64,000 nt of DNA, from contig JAYWFU010000031.1 of the NCBI GenBank assembly GCA_043778625.1, positions 14,616 to 78,615 of the forward strand, written 5' to 3'. This document shows, one piece after another, positions 9,901 to 18,095 of this stretch (position 1 is the first letter of the stretch; each line of letters begins with the position of its first letter). This DNA is from Bacteroidia bacterium. Lineage in GTDB: Bacteria > Bacteroidota > Bacteroidia > UBA4408. A program made the translations under genes and the position numbers. Below the pieces are notes generated by a model. It was not told where the DNA came from. It saw only the letters and a list, made by a program, of their open reading frames with translations, and did no database searches.

Positions 9901-11364
9901 AACAGTTAGCGGGGCATCGCCAGAGGTAGCATCGGTAGTAAATTGTGCAATACATTGTGCCGTAGCTGAGTTTACCGTAATAGTAGTAACTGATGAGGTG
10001 CTAGTACCTATTGCATTAGTTACCGTTAGCGTAACACTGTATGTACCTGGGGTTTGATACACATTAGATGGATTAGGGTTAGTACTGGTATTACCATCGC
10101 CAAAATCCCACAACCAACTTGTGGGAGTGTTTAGCGATTGGTCTTCAAAATTAACTAATAGTGGTGCGTCTCCACCATAATTATCAGCCGCAAACTGTGC
10201 TGTTGGTGCTATTGCATTTACGGTTATGGTTACCGTGTAAGCTGTGCTACTTCCAGTAGCATTAGTAGCTATTAACGACACGGTGTAAGTACCTGGTGTG
10301 GTAAATGTATTTGATGGGTTTTGTGCTGTGCTGGTGTTACCATCGCCAAAATCCCACGCCCAGCTTGTGGGGCTGTCAGTTGAGTTATCAGTAAAATTAA
10401 CGGTTAATGGGGCATCGCCCGAAGTAACATCGGGCGTAAAGTTAGCTGTGGGTGCAGGAGGTGCGTTTACGGTAATGGTAACGGTATAAGCTGTGCTACT
10501 GCCAATAGCATTAGTAGCTATTAACGACACGGTATAAGTACCTGGTGTGGTAAATGTATTAGACGGATTTTGTGATGTGCTGGTGTTACCATCGCCAAAA
10601 TCCCATGCCCAGCTTGTGGGGCTGTCCGTTGAGTTATCAGTAAAATTAACTGTTAGCGGAGCATTACCCGAAGTAACATCGGGCGTAAAGTTAGCGGTGG
10701 GTGCAGGAGGTGCGTTTACGGTAATGGTAACGGAATAAGTATCAGTACCATCAGCGTTGGTTACGGTAAGTAATACGGTGTAAGTGCCTACAGTAGTAAA
10801 TGTATTAGACGGATTTTGTGCTGTGCTCGTATTACCGTCGCCAAAATCCCACGCCCAACTCGTAGGGTTGTTGGTAGAATTATCAGTAAAGTTAACGGTT
10901 AATGGGGCATCGCCCGAAGTAACATCGGGCGTAAAGTTAGCCACAGGAGGTGCTGCAGCGGCGGCTACCGTACCACAATCGCTACTGCAAGCGTAATCGG
11001 TAACATAATCGCCATAAATTGGGTCTCCGTTAGCATCATAACCTGCTATTGCGTTAGCGTCGTAATAGTAATCATCAACACTTACACAGTGCTGCGCACC
11101 ATCGTTAGTTACGGTAAATTGTGAGCCTGAGCCAGCTCCACCGTCCCAACTATACGAAATAGTACCTTGCCCGCTACCCGATGCACTAAGGGTAGAAGTA
11201 CCATCACCGTTATCAAACACAGCTACTGAAACCGAACACTGCGCCACTGAAGTAGCGTAAGATGTAATTAAAAAAACAAAGGCAAGTGTAAGTTTAACAA
11301 GTACATTTACTATTTTATTTTGCTTTAATACTGAAGAGTAAATTTTAGTCATGATTTTTTTCAA
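6961..11364 (-). CDS. large secreted multidomain protein: 7 PKD domains, alpha/beta-hydrolase (lipase-like) domain, Ig-like domains and a T9SS C-terminal sorting domain
   Basis: It has a signal peptide. Seven W(A/L/S/N)WDFG(D/N)G-type PKD repeats are present. The nucleophile elbow VVGHSMGG lies near 8511-8545. The C-terminus IYPNPASGLAYITY...GLYYIRL is a T9SS CTD. Confidence 0.9.
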   Translation of the reverse strand: MKKIMTKIYSSVLKQNKIVNVLVKLTLAFVFLITSYATSVAQCSVSVAVFDNGDGTSTLSASGSGQGTISYSWDGGAGSGSQFTVTNDGAQHCVSVDDYYYDANAIAGYDANGDPIYGDYVTDYACSSDCGTVAAAAAPPVANFTPDVTSGDAPLTVNFTDNSTNNPTSWAWDFGDGNTSTAQNPSNTFTTVGTYTVLLTVTNADGTDTYSVTITVNAPPAPTANFTPDVTSGNAPLTVNFTDNSTDSPTSWAWDFGDGNTSTSQNPSNTFTTPGTYTVSLIATNAIGSSTAYTVTITVNAPPAPTANFTPDVTSGDAPLTVNFTDNSTDSPTSWAWDFGDGNTSTAQNPSNTFTTPGTYTVSLIATNATGSSTAYTVTITVNAIAPTAQFAADNYGGDAPLLVNFEDQSLNTPTSWLWDFGDGNTSTNPNPSNVYQTPGTYSVTLTVTNAIGTSTSSVTTITVNSATAQCIAQFTTDATSGDAPLTVSFDDTSTENPTTWSWEVDGVVVSTDQNLYYTFDSAGTYQVTLTVDNGNGSITSSTTTITVNASTIAPVADFTADVNSGEASLTVQFTDASTNNPTSWNWDFGNGDNSTDQNPSYTFNDTGVFTVRLTVDNGNGSDYKEYTITVIDAASDSIDFEADVYEGPAKLTVQFTDLSPNNPTAWAWDFGNGDVSSVQNPSYTFNDTGRFTVTLTITSANGSTHTDSVTITVTDPNDGVITFINDALTEDEIFVEGGRKKGRHSGKVIFQQSSKATGFTSQKPFKVCADGSSATIIKYKFPESCTTCANAADFAFRIQNSNATTSPELWGKFTMNTPPEDGVIEGRLTHPEYLDVNGVKKDDSVEVYNTITNTVIETRMISYYRAPVMMVHGLWSEAAAFAIMESDLVGTSNYFDAILHRVDYSTSNDQKFETNKNVVPNGITFLLKKAVDAGYSAGSVDVVGHSMGGILTRAYIQSSEFTTKKNNKKTDVRSLITLNTPHSGSQCGNLLRNAGFTKFILKFAGKDANAGAIEDLSVDGNGITNYLNGASLNANTVPSHCIVSTTPSASFNSLFGSTAFAIGGTLFGYKKLGETAREFHDRLFGQPESDLIVPLKSQTGGLSGSYLTSFDTLQQHVGSPDNTSFINEVIRLLDNNPTTSTDFTKLGFTPEVLTSTVGKLYNQQFSSQVNVTNQGLGTVKLKLPPVIAVNPGDTIPIEVSSTGNFPKIALLVGLKANDLQEMYYDSLSNHYKVNYTVPTNYVGKIKIAVAAHDSASYVTDSATLITDTKNLTLDSMHVYPKKIYIPLGSSFNTEVTGYFAGNGAVDITNMPGVAFTMGNTKVVSQINANIIKGIKKGKSFIRVAYKGKTRQVPVEVIDSVGTNGVQSIKNKGAIINNSTTGIDVKIYPNPASGLAYITYINTDASQHVQLDVYDMYGKLVRNVCNASQAVGGYTQLVDVSRLSNGLYYIRLQNGNKLGRAKLSVLN
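9215..10950 (-). repeat. tandem array of PKD-domain coding repeats; the three N-terminal units are near-identical with a 249-bp period
   Basis: Antisense ORFs at 10298, 10547 and about 10796 are offset by exactly 249 bp and have almost identical sequence. Further along the array the units diverge. Confidence 0.85.
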
Positions 11365-11429
11365 TTTGTAATTATTGTCAAATATAGTAAAAACTATTAG
11401 TAATTGTATTATTAATAGTTAAAATGCAA

Positions 11430-12569
11430 TTACTCTTTTACAAACTGAGTAACACTACTTACATTTTGATGCGTTAAGTATAATGTATATACTCCTGTGG
11501 CTAAATTTGTAATAGGTAATGTTATATAATTAATAGCATTGTTAGTGTAGATTTTAGTTAATACTTGCTTGCCAAGTGCATTGTACACACTAAGCTGTAA
11601 GGGTTGGGTTAATGCATGATTAATAGCCACGTACACTACATCAGTAGCTGGATTAGGATAGGTAATAATATTGGCTTGGGCAAGCCACTTATGTTGTGTT
11701 AGTGCATTGGTAATATTTAATTTGTATAAATTACCTCCGTTGTTTAGGAACGAATTTTTTTCATCGGTAATATATACTTCATCGTTATTCAAAAATACTA
11801 CGGCTTCTTTTTGCGTATAGCTACTAAAGTTGTAATAAGTATGGGTTCCTCCAAAAAAATTATTACCCGTAAAATTACTAAATATGTGTAACGCCATTTC
11901 GCTTAGTAATGCTATTTTACTATGGTCGGGGCTTACGTCGGCACTAGTTATCCAATTACCTAGGTTAGTACCTGTATTAACACTATCGTGCAGTGTGGCT
12001 AGGTAAGTACCTGCACTATCGGGTACAGAGTACATTTTGCAATAACCACTATTGCCTCTGTTTTTACTAAATAAATATAAACGGTTATTAAAATGAAAAA
12101 TTGATTCGCAATCAAAATTTTGCTCTGCTGCAGGTGGCGGAAATTGTGTTTGGTCAGGGTAGGATAAAAATATTTTATCGTTGTTAATAGTAGTGCTCGT
12201 TAATGTATCCAAGTTACCCACCTTACGAATTATTAAATTGGTTCTGTTATTGGTATTATTGCCCACATCGGCAATGTAGTAGTTGCCAGCATCGTCGCGA
12301 GCTATATCCTCAATATCAACCGCCTTTCCTGTACCTATTTTTATTTTGCGGAGTAATTGCCCTTGCGTATTTACTTGATACACGTAGGCCGAATCTCCAC
12401 TATCGTTGTGTGTCCATACTTTAGTAGTGTCAGCAGGGTTTACCTCAATACCTGAGGTTTCGCTAACAGAAGTAGGTAGCACTGTTAGTTGTTGTGGCGT
12501 TACGTTATACGGTTGCCCAAATAAATTCCCTACATATATTTTGATTAATGTAAAAAGTATTTTTTTCAT
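11430..12569 (-). CDS. secreted beta-propeller-like protein with T9SS C-terminal sorting domain
   Basis: Hydrophobic N-terminus. The motifs ETSGIEV...HNDSGDS...DIEDIARDDAGNYYIADVGNN recall SdiA-regulated/phytase-like propellers. The C-terminus ITYPNPATDVVYV...GVYTLYL is a T9SS CTD. Confidence 0.65.
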   Translation of the reverse strand: MKKILFTLIKIYVGNLFGQPYNVTPQQLTVLPTSVSETSGIEVNPADTTKVWTHNDSGDSAYVYQVNTQGQLLRKIKIGTGKAVDIEDIARDDAGNYYIADVGNNTNNRTNLIIRKVGNLDTLTSTTINNDKIFLSYPDQTQFPPPAAEQNFDCESIFHFNNRLYLFSKNRGNSGYCKMYSVPDSAGTYLATLHDSVNTGTNLGNWITSADVSPDHSKIALLSEMALHIFSNFTGNNFFGGTHTYYNFSSYTQKEAVVFLNNDEVYITDEKNSFLNNGGNLYKLNITNALTQHKWLAQANIITYPNPATDVVYVAINHALTQPLQLSVYNALGKQVLTKIYTNNAINYITLPITNLATGVYTLYLTHQNVSSVTQFVKE

Positions 12570-12591
12570 TAATTAATTTTGATTGTACATT

Positions 12592-13785
12592 TTACTTTAA
12601 ATAATATCCTTTTACACTTTCTCTCAAATTATAATTACTACTCATTACCTCGCCGTAAGCTCCTGCGGTGCGTATAATTATGGTATCGCCACGGCTGGTT
12701 ATAGGTAGTTCTACCGCTTTGCCAAAACAGTCGCTGCTTTCGCAAATAGGGCCTACTACATCATACTTTAGTTGTGTAGTTGCTGTTGAACTTATGTTTT
12801 CAATTTTATGATAAGCTTGGTATAATGCTGGGCGTATAAGTTCAGTCATTCCAGCATCAAGTATAGCAAAGTTGGTATTAATACCATTTTTAATATAAGT
12901 AACGGTACTTACTAATGCACCGCATTGCGCTACTATGGCTCGGCCTAGTTCAAAGTGCAATTGTTGATTATTACGTAGCTCAATAAATTTATTAAACACG
13001 TTAAAATAATCTTCAAAATTTACAATAGGTTCTTGTTCAGGATTTTTGTAATTAACACCTAAGCCCCCACCAACATTTATTATTGGTAAGTCGTAGCCTT
13101 TGCGCAAAAAGTAAGTATTGATTTCGTTTACACGCAAGCACAATTTTTTAAATGGTGATAAGCTTGTTATTTGCGAACCAATATGAAAATGCAAACCAAT
13201 TAGTTTAATGTGGGATAATGTTTTTAGTTGTTCAATTACCGCATCAAACTCATAGGGGTTAATCCCAAATTTATTTTCCTCGAGCCCTGTAGTAATGTAC
13301 TTGTGGGTATGCGCATCTACGTTAGGTTTAATGCGCAATGCCACTTGTGCCGTTTTATTTTGTAGTTGTGCAAGTTCGTTTATTACCGCTAACTCTTGCG
13401 TGCTTTCGCAGTTAAAGCAAAATATGTTGTGGTGTAGGGCGTAATTAATTTCTTCGTCAGTTTTTCCAACACCTGCAAATACAATGTGTGCAGGGTCAAA
13501 GCCATTGTTTATAGCACATTTTACTTCGTTGCCACTTACACAATCGGCACCTAAGCCAGCCTGCTTTATTTGGGCTAAAATTTCGGTATTTACATTAGCT
13601 TTAAACGCATAATGCACATGATAGTTGTGCTTGTTGCTTGCATTGGTAAGTGTTGTAAGCGTTTGTTGCAATAACGCTAAGTCGTAAATATAATAGGGAG
13701 TGTTGTGTTGCAGTAATTCAGGCAAGCGTTCTTTTGAAAATATCATCGTACGTTTTTTAGTAGTATAATTATTGATGATAGCCAA
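12592..13785 (-). CDS. lysA: diaminopimelate decarboxylase
   Basis: PLP decarboxylase motifs YAFKANVN, GLHFHIGSQ, GGGLGV and CESSD. The start may instead be the internal ATG at 13746, which avoids overlap with lysC. Confidence 0.9.
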   Translation of the reverse strand: MAIINNYTTKKRTMIFSKERLPELLQHNTPYYIYDLALLQQTLTTLTNASNKHNYHVHYAFKANVNTEILAQIKQAGLGADCVSGNEVKCAINNGFDPAHIVFAGVGKTDEEINYALHHNIFCFNCESTQELAVINELAQLQNKTAQVALRIKPNVDAHTHKYITTGLEENKFGINPYEFDAVIEQLKTLSHIKLIGLHFHIGSQITSLSPFKKLCLRVNEINTYFLRKGYDLPIINVGGGLGVNYKNPEQEPIVNFEDYFNVFNKFIELRNNQQLHFELGRAIVAQCGALVSTVTYIKNGINTNFAILDAGMTELIRPALYQAYHKIENISSTATTQLKYDVVGPICESSDCFGKAVELPITSRGDTIIIRTAGAYGEVMSSNYNLRESVKGYYLK

Positions 13786-15091
13786 ATAGGCCTTTGTTTA
13801 AATTAATTAATGCTTCGTTTTTATACGTTGAGTTTACTAGCACACTAATATTGTTTTTGCTACCTCCGTACGAAACCATACTTAACGGAATATCCTTTAG
13901 GCACTCCAATACCTTGTATCCATAGCCTGATTTGTGTTTAGGTAAGTTACCTACAATGCAAATAATACTTTGATTTTCTTCTACCTCCACATTTGCAAAT
14001 TCTTCTAATTCTTTTAAAATATCTTTTAATGCCTTGGTATTATCAATGGTTAATGACACGGCAATTTCCGATGTAGTAATCATATCAATAGCGGTTTTAA
14101 AACGCTCAAAAATTTCAAACACCGCTCTCAAAAAACCATGTGCCAAAAGCATTCTATCGCTTTTGATAGTAATGGCGCATATTCCGTCTTTGGCGGCTAC
14201 GGCTTTAATGCCCTCTTCAGTTGCTATGTTAGCTATTGTAGTGCCTAATGCTTGCGGTTGCATTGTGTTTTTAAGCAATACCGGAATATTCTTTTTTTGT
14301 GCTGGCAATATGCAAGTAGGGTGTAATATTTTTGCACCAAAATAAGCTAGCTCAGCAGCTTCGTCAAAACTTAATAAATGTATTGGATGTGTTTTGGCTA
14401 CTACACGAGGGTCGTTATTGTGCATACCATCAATATCAGTCCAAATTTGTATTTCTTCAGCCTGTATTGCTGCGCCTATAATAGAGGCGGTGTAATCGCT
14501 GCCACCACGTTGCAAATTATCAATTTCGCCAAAGGCATTTCGGCAAATATACCCTTGGGTTATAAATAATTTTTGAGTTGGATATTTATTAAGTTCAGTA
14601 GTTAAATGTTTTTCAATATAGGTTAATTCAGGCTCTTCGTTTTCGTCAATACGCATAAAGTTTAGTGCAGGTAATAGCACGGCATCACTACCAAGCTCTT
14701 GCAAATGGTAATGAAACAGGGCTGTACTTAATAATTCGCCTTGTGCTAATACTGCTTTTTCTTCATTGGCAGTAAACATATCTAACGTAAACGAACGTAG
14801 ATAATCAAAGTGGTGTTTAACTAAATATTCGGCCTTAGTTTTAAATTCGATATTAGTGTATAGTGCATTTACCTCGATAGTATATTTGCTTTCTAAAGTT
14901 TCAATTTTTGCGTTGGCTTCGGCATACGATTTATTGTACAATGCTTCGCAAATACCCACTAGTGCGTTGGTAGTACCACTCATGGCCGATAGCACCACTA
15001 TTGTTTCAAAATCATTAGTTACTAAATTCACTAGTGCTTTCATTCGCTTAGCAGTACCTACACTTGTGCCACCAAATTTTAATATTTTCAT
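13769..15091 (-). CDS. lysC: aspartate kinase
   Basis: MKILKFGGTSVG amino-acid-kinase N-terminus, GGSDYTASIIGAA, and C-terminal ACT-like repeats. Confidence 0.9.
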   Translation of the reverse strand: MKILKFGGTSVGTAKRMKALVNLVTNDFETIVVLSAMSGTTNALVGICEALYNKSYAEANAKIETLESKYTIEVNALYTNIEFKTKAEYLVKHHFDYLRSFTLDMFTANEEKAVLAQGELLSTALFHYHLQELGSDAVLLPALNFMRIDENEEPELTYIEKHLTTELNKYPTQKLFITQGYICRNAFGEIDNLQRGGSDYTASIIGAAIQAEEIQIWTDIDGMHNNDPRVVAKTHPIHLLSFDEAAELAYFGAKILHPTCILPAQKKNIPVLLKNTMQPQALGTTIANIATEEGIKAVAAKDGICAITIKSDRMLLAHGFLRAVFEIFERFKTAIDMITTSEIAVSLTIDNTKALKDILKELEEFANVEVEENQSIICIVGNLPKHKSGYGYKVLECLKDIPLSMVSYGGSKNNISVLVNSTYKNEALINLNKGLFGYHQ

Positions 15092-15092
15092 T

Positions 15093-16724
15093 TTATTGCA
15101 GTGTTATTATTTTAAATGTAGGTGTTGTTTCATTTAATTCTTGTTTTAAGTCATCAATTATTTTAAACCCAAATTTATTAATGTATTGAAATATATTTTC
15201 GTAGCGTTCTTGCAAACCATTATTCGGAAAATACTTTTCTTTTTGTTTCAAGGCTTGTGTTATTCCGTTAGCGTGTTGTTGTTTTAATGCTTTGTTTACC
15301 TTGTTATTTAAGGCATGTAAGCCATCAATAGTTTTTTTGAGTTCGGCGTTGGCTATGGGAGCAAGAGTTTTATCAATGGTGGCTAACTCGTTACTTAATG
15401 CACTATATATAGTTTGTAATTGCTGTTGATAGTTATTGGTATTAAATTCTTTTTCGGTATTTAGCGCAATATATTTTTTGGTTATTACTTCATCAGTCTC
15501 AAACAAATCGTTAACGTTAAGTTGCAGGGCAGTAAGTTTTTCGTTAGCGGGAACATCTATCAACAAGGCCGAATGGCGCAATAACAACTGCGGAAACGGA
15601 GTTTTGTAATAATCAAATAATGGCTTTAGTTGCAACCAATATGCCAACTCTCCGCCACCGCCCACATAGGCAATGTTAGGCAATATTGTTTCTTGATACA
15701 CGGGACGTAGCAATACATTGGGGCTGATGTTAGCCGTATTGTTGTGCAATTGTTGTAGGGTAAATTCAGCGTTGCCTGCGGTATAATTAGTGCCTTGTGC
15801 TATAATGCGTTGGCGAGTATTATTGTGTAGTAGAAATAAATTTATTGGGCGCGGAGTTACTTGTATGCTTTTGTAGCCTTTGTTAGTAAGGCTTTCGATA
15901 GTTTTGGTGGTTATACTATACGACGGACTGGTGGTTAATTCCTCGTTAATTATAGTGCTAAATGCGTATTTTAATTCAGGAGTATTTGCATCAATTATTA
16001 CTACGCCATATTGCCCGAATAGCTCGTGTACCAAGCGTTGTGTGGCTTGCGCTAAGTTGTTGGTTGTGGCATAACAACTATCAAATAAGTTAAGTATTGC
16101 CGAAGAATGTTCTGTAGTACCTAATAATGCAACTAGTTGCTCCCTAAGTTGGGGTATATTATCAAGTGTAATAGCACCTACTGCATTGCCTGCTATTGCT
16201 GTAGCTGTTAATTTTTTATTATGGATATTAAAATGATTTACTTCTTCAAAATCATGATCTTCGGTGGCCATCCAATACACAGGTATAAAGTGGTGTTGTG
16301 GGTGCGCCGTGTTAAGTTGCTCAGCATAATTAATTGCAGTAATTATTTTATACACAAAGTACAATGGCCCTGTCATTAAGCATAATTGATGCCCTGTAGT
16401 TACGGTAAATGTATTGGTATTGAGTAGTGTAGTAAGCTGTGTTTCAATGCGTTGTTTGTGGGTAGTGGTATGTTGCCACAACGCGTTATACTGCTTAGTT
16501 AGCGCAATGTGTAACGCACTACGTTGTGTGGTGCTAAAGTTAGCGCGCTGCGTAATGCGCTCATTTATTGCTTGGGTATTAGTAGTAAGGTCGTTTAGTT
16601 TTTCATCATTAGTTAATAAATCAATTACTAACGGATTAAAAAACTGAATGACATCAAAGCCAATGGTACTGTGTGTTTTCAATAGAGGCGAGCTGTTATT
16701 TGATTTTTTTTTCGGTTTTAACAA
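15093..16724 (-). CDS. bshC: bacillithiol biosynthesis cysteine-adding enzyme BshC
   Basis: 543 aa. The conserved block AYVGGGGELAYWLQLK and the coiled-coil C-terminus are typical of BshC/YllA. Confidence 0.8.
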   Translation of the reverse strand: MLKPKKKSNNSSPLLKTHSTIGFDVIQFFNPLVIDLLTNDEKLNDLTTNTQAINERITQRANFSTTQRSALHIALTKQYNALWQHTTTHKQRIETQLTTLLNTNTFTVTTGHQLCLMTGPLYFVYKIITAINYAEQLNTAHPQHHFIPVYWMATEDHDFEEVNHFNIHNKKLTATAIAGNAVGAITLDNIPQLREQLVALLGTTEHSSAILNLFDSCYATTNNLAQATQRLVHELFGQYGVVIIDANTPELKYAFSTIINEELTTSPSYSITTKTIESLTNKGYKSIQVTPRPINLFLLHNNTRQRIIAQGTNYTAGNAEFTLQQLHNNTANISPNVLLRPVYQETILPNIAYVGGGGELAYWLQLKPLFDYYKTPFPQLLLRHSALLIDVPANEKLTALQLNVNDLFETDEVITKKYIALNTEKEFNTNNYQQQLQTIYSALSNELATIDKTLAPIANAELKKTIDGLHALNNKVNKALKQQHANGITQALKQKEKYFPNNGLQERYENIFQYINKFGFKIIDDLKQELNETTPTFKIITLQ

Positions 16725-17433
16725 ATTTGCCGTTAGCGTAATAATCTACTTCGCTTAGCACACCAAGTTCGGTGTAATAAAACACCGTACCGTTACCATT
16801 AGTTAAAGTGCCTTTATCTAGTGGCTTACCAGCGTTATCAAAGTTGGAAACTATTTCCACAATATTATCAGCCACGTAACGCTTTTCGCTCCATAGCTGT
16901 CCGTTATCGTGGTTAATAATTTCCATGCCCTCTTTTTTACCTGCTAGGTAATTATTGGTAGCGGCTATTTTTCCGTTTTCAAAATACACTACGTTTGTAC
17001 TGTCTCGGTGTCCGTGTTTGTAATGCCCTAGGCTTTGTAATTTGCCGCTAGGGTAGTAGGTAATGTAGTTGCCGTTTAATTTTCCTTTAAATGTTTCAGC
17101 GTCTATTTTAAGTATTCCACCTTTGTAAAACTCCTTACGATACTCGTGCTTGTGTTTGCCCACACGCTTATCAGTGTGTACAAAACCATAAGCACCGCTA
17201 CCCCCATCTACATAATAAAAATTGCGCTGTGCTATTAATTTACGCTTCACATAAAAATCTTCCCACAGTAGTTTTTTAGTTTCTTTTTCGCTCACTCTAA
17301 TAATCATAGTGTCTTTGGCTACGGAGTACACTGTATCTTTTTTGCCTTCGGGAGCTTTACTGTTATCCACCACTTGTGCGCTAAGTTGTAGTGTAGCCAA
17401 GGCAAGCGTAATTATTGTATAAATTCTTTTCAT
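16696..17433 (-). CDS. MORN-repeat-variant (YwqK-like) secreted protein
   Basis: Signal peptide ending in AQ. Repeated YYPSGKL / YFENGKI / NHDNGQL motifs. Confidence 0.7.
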   Translation of the reverse strand: MKRIYTIITLALATLQLSAQVVDNSKAPEGKKDTVYSVAKDTMIIRVSEKETKKLLWEDFYVKRKLIAQRNFYYVDGGSGAYGFVHTDKRVGKHKHEYRKEFYKGGILKIDAETFKGKLNGNYITYYPSGKLQSLGHYKHGHRDSTNVVYFENGKIAATNNYLAGKKEGMEIINHDNGQLWSEKRYVADNIVEIVSNFDNAGKPLDKGTLTNGNGTVFYYTELGVLSEVDYYANGKFVKTEKKIK

Positions 17434-17448
17434 CGGTTATTTTAGTTA

Positions 17449-18090
17449 TTATAAATTTTGTAGTACGATTTTTAAATCGTTTTCAAACTCTTGAAATGCT
17501 GTTAGTTGACGAAGTGCATTATAATCTTCAATATACTCAGCTACTAAATGCGTTCTTTTATGCGGATTAAAATTTTTTATTTTTCTGCCCGTTAATTCGC
17601 TACAGCTAATTAATAACTCGTGTAAGTATGCTTTAGGTTGTTTTTGTTTTTCTAACTCTGTAATTTTAGGCAAACTAATTGGTTTACTATAATTTGGATT
17701 ATCAGCTGCTTTCTTTATTGCATTTTCGTTTATTAGCAACCATGTTTCCATCATTTTTACAGGCACAATTACTACTATATTGTTTGTGTTTTCAATTCCT
17801 TGACTATTTATTATTTCGTTTTTTCGCTGTTGAATAGTTTTTTTAATATCCGTTACCGACTCCCCATCTCTATGATAAATTAAAATATCACAGCAATAAT
17901 AGTGTTGCGCTAATTTTATTCTTTCCGCTACTTCGCTAGCTTTGGGAGGATTTTTAAAACTACTAAAATCAGCAAATTCACCCTCGTTAGGCACTGTAGG
18001 ATATAAGTCGTTTAGCAACCATTTTATTATTGTTACTAATATTTTATCGGAACTTCCGTCGCCAATAAGTGTAAAATTAATTTGCTTCAT
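17449..18090 (-). CDS. small Toprim-like / DUF4276-like partner protein of the upstream ATPase
   Basis: 213 aa, starting 5 nt after the ATPase stop. It has an N-terminal strand FTLIGDGSSD, a central acidic cluster ILIYHRDGES and a PVKMMETWLL motif. This layout resembles DUF4276/RloB/DUF4435 Toprim partners. The family call is an inference. Confidence 0.5.
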   Translation of the reverse strand: MKQINFTLIGDGSSDKILVTIIKWLLNDLYPTVPNEGEFADFSSFKNPPKASEVAERIKLAQHYYCCDILIYHRDGESVTDIKKTIQQRKNEIINSQGIENTNNIVVIVPVKMMETWLLINENAIKKAADNPNYSKPISLPKITELEKQKQPKAYLHELLISCSELTGRKIKNFNPHKRTHLVAEYIEDYNALRQLTAFQEFENDLKIVLQNL

Positions 18091-18095
18091 GTGTG

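Noticed and set aside
9623-10996. A family of similar 63-70-aa plus-strand ORFs (9623, 9866, 10298, 10547, 10784) that look like a repeated small-gene family
   Set aside because: They lie antisense to the PKD repeat array of the 1467-aa gene. They are similar only because the sense-strand repeats are. Their 249-bp spacing equals the PKD unit, and they have no independent start context.
15091-15140. Lysine riboswitch or leader upstream of lysC
   Set aside because: The bshC stop lies 1 nt from the lysC start, so there is no room for a leader. lysC is presumably co-transcribed.
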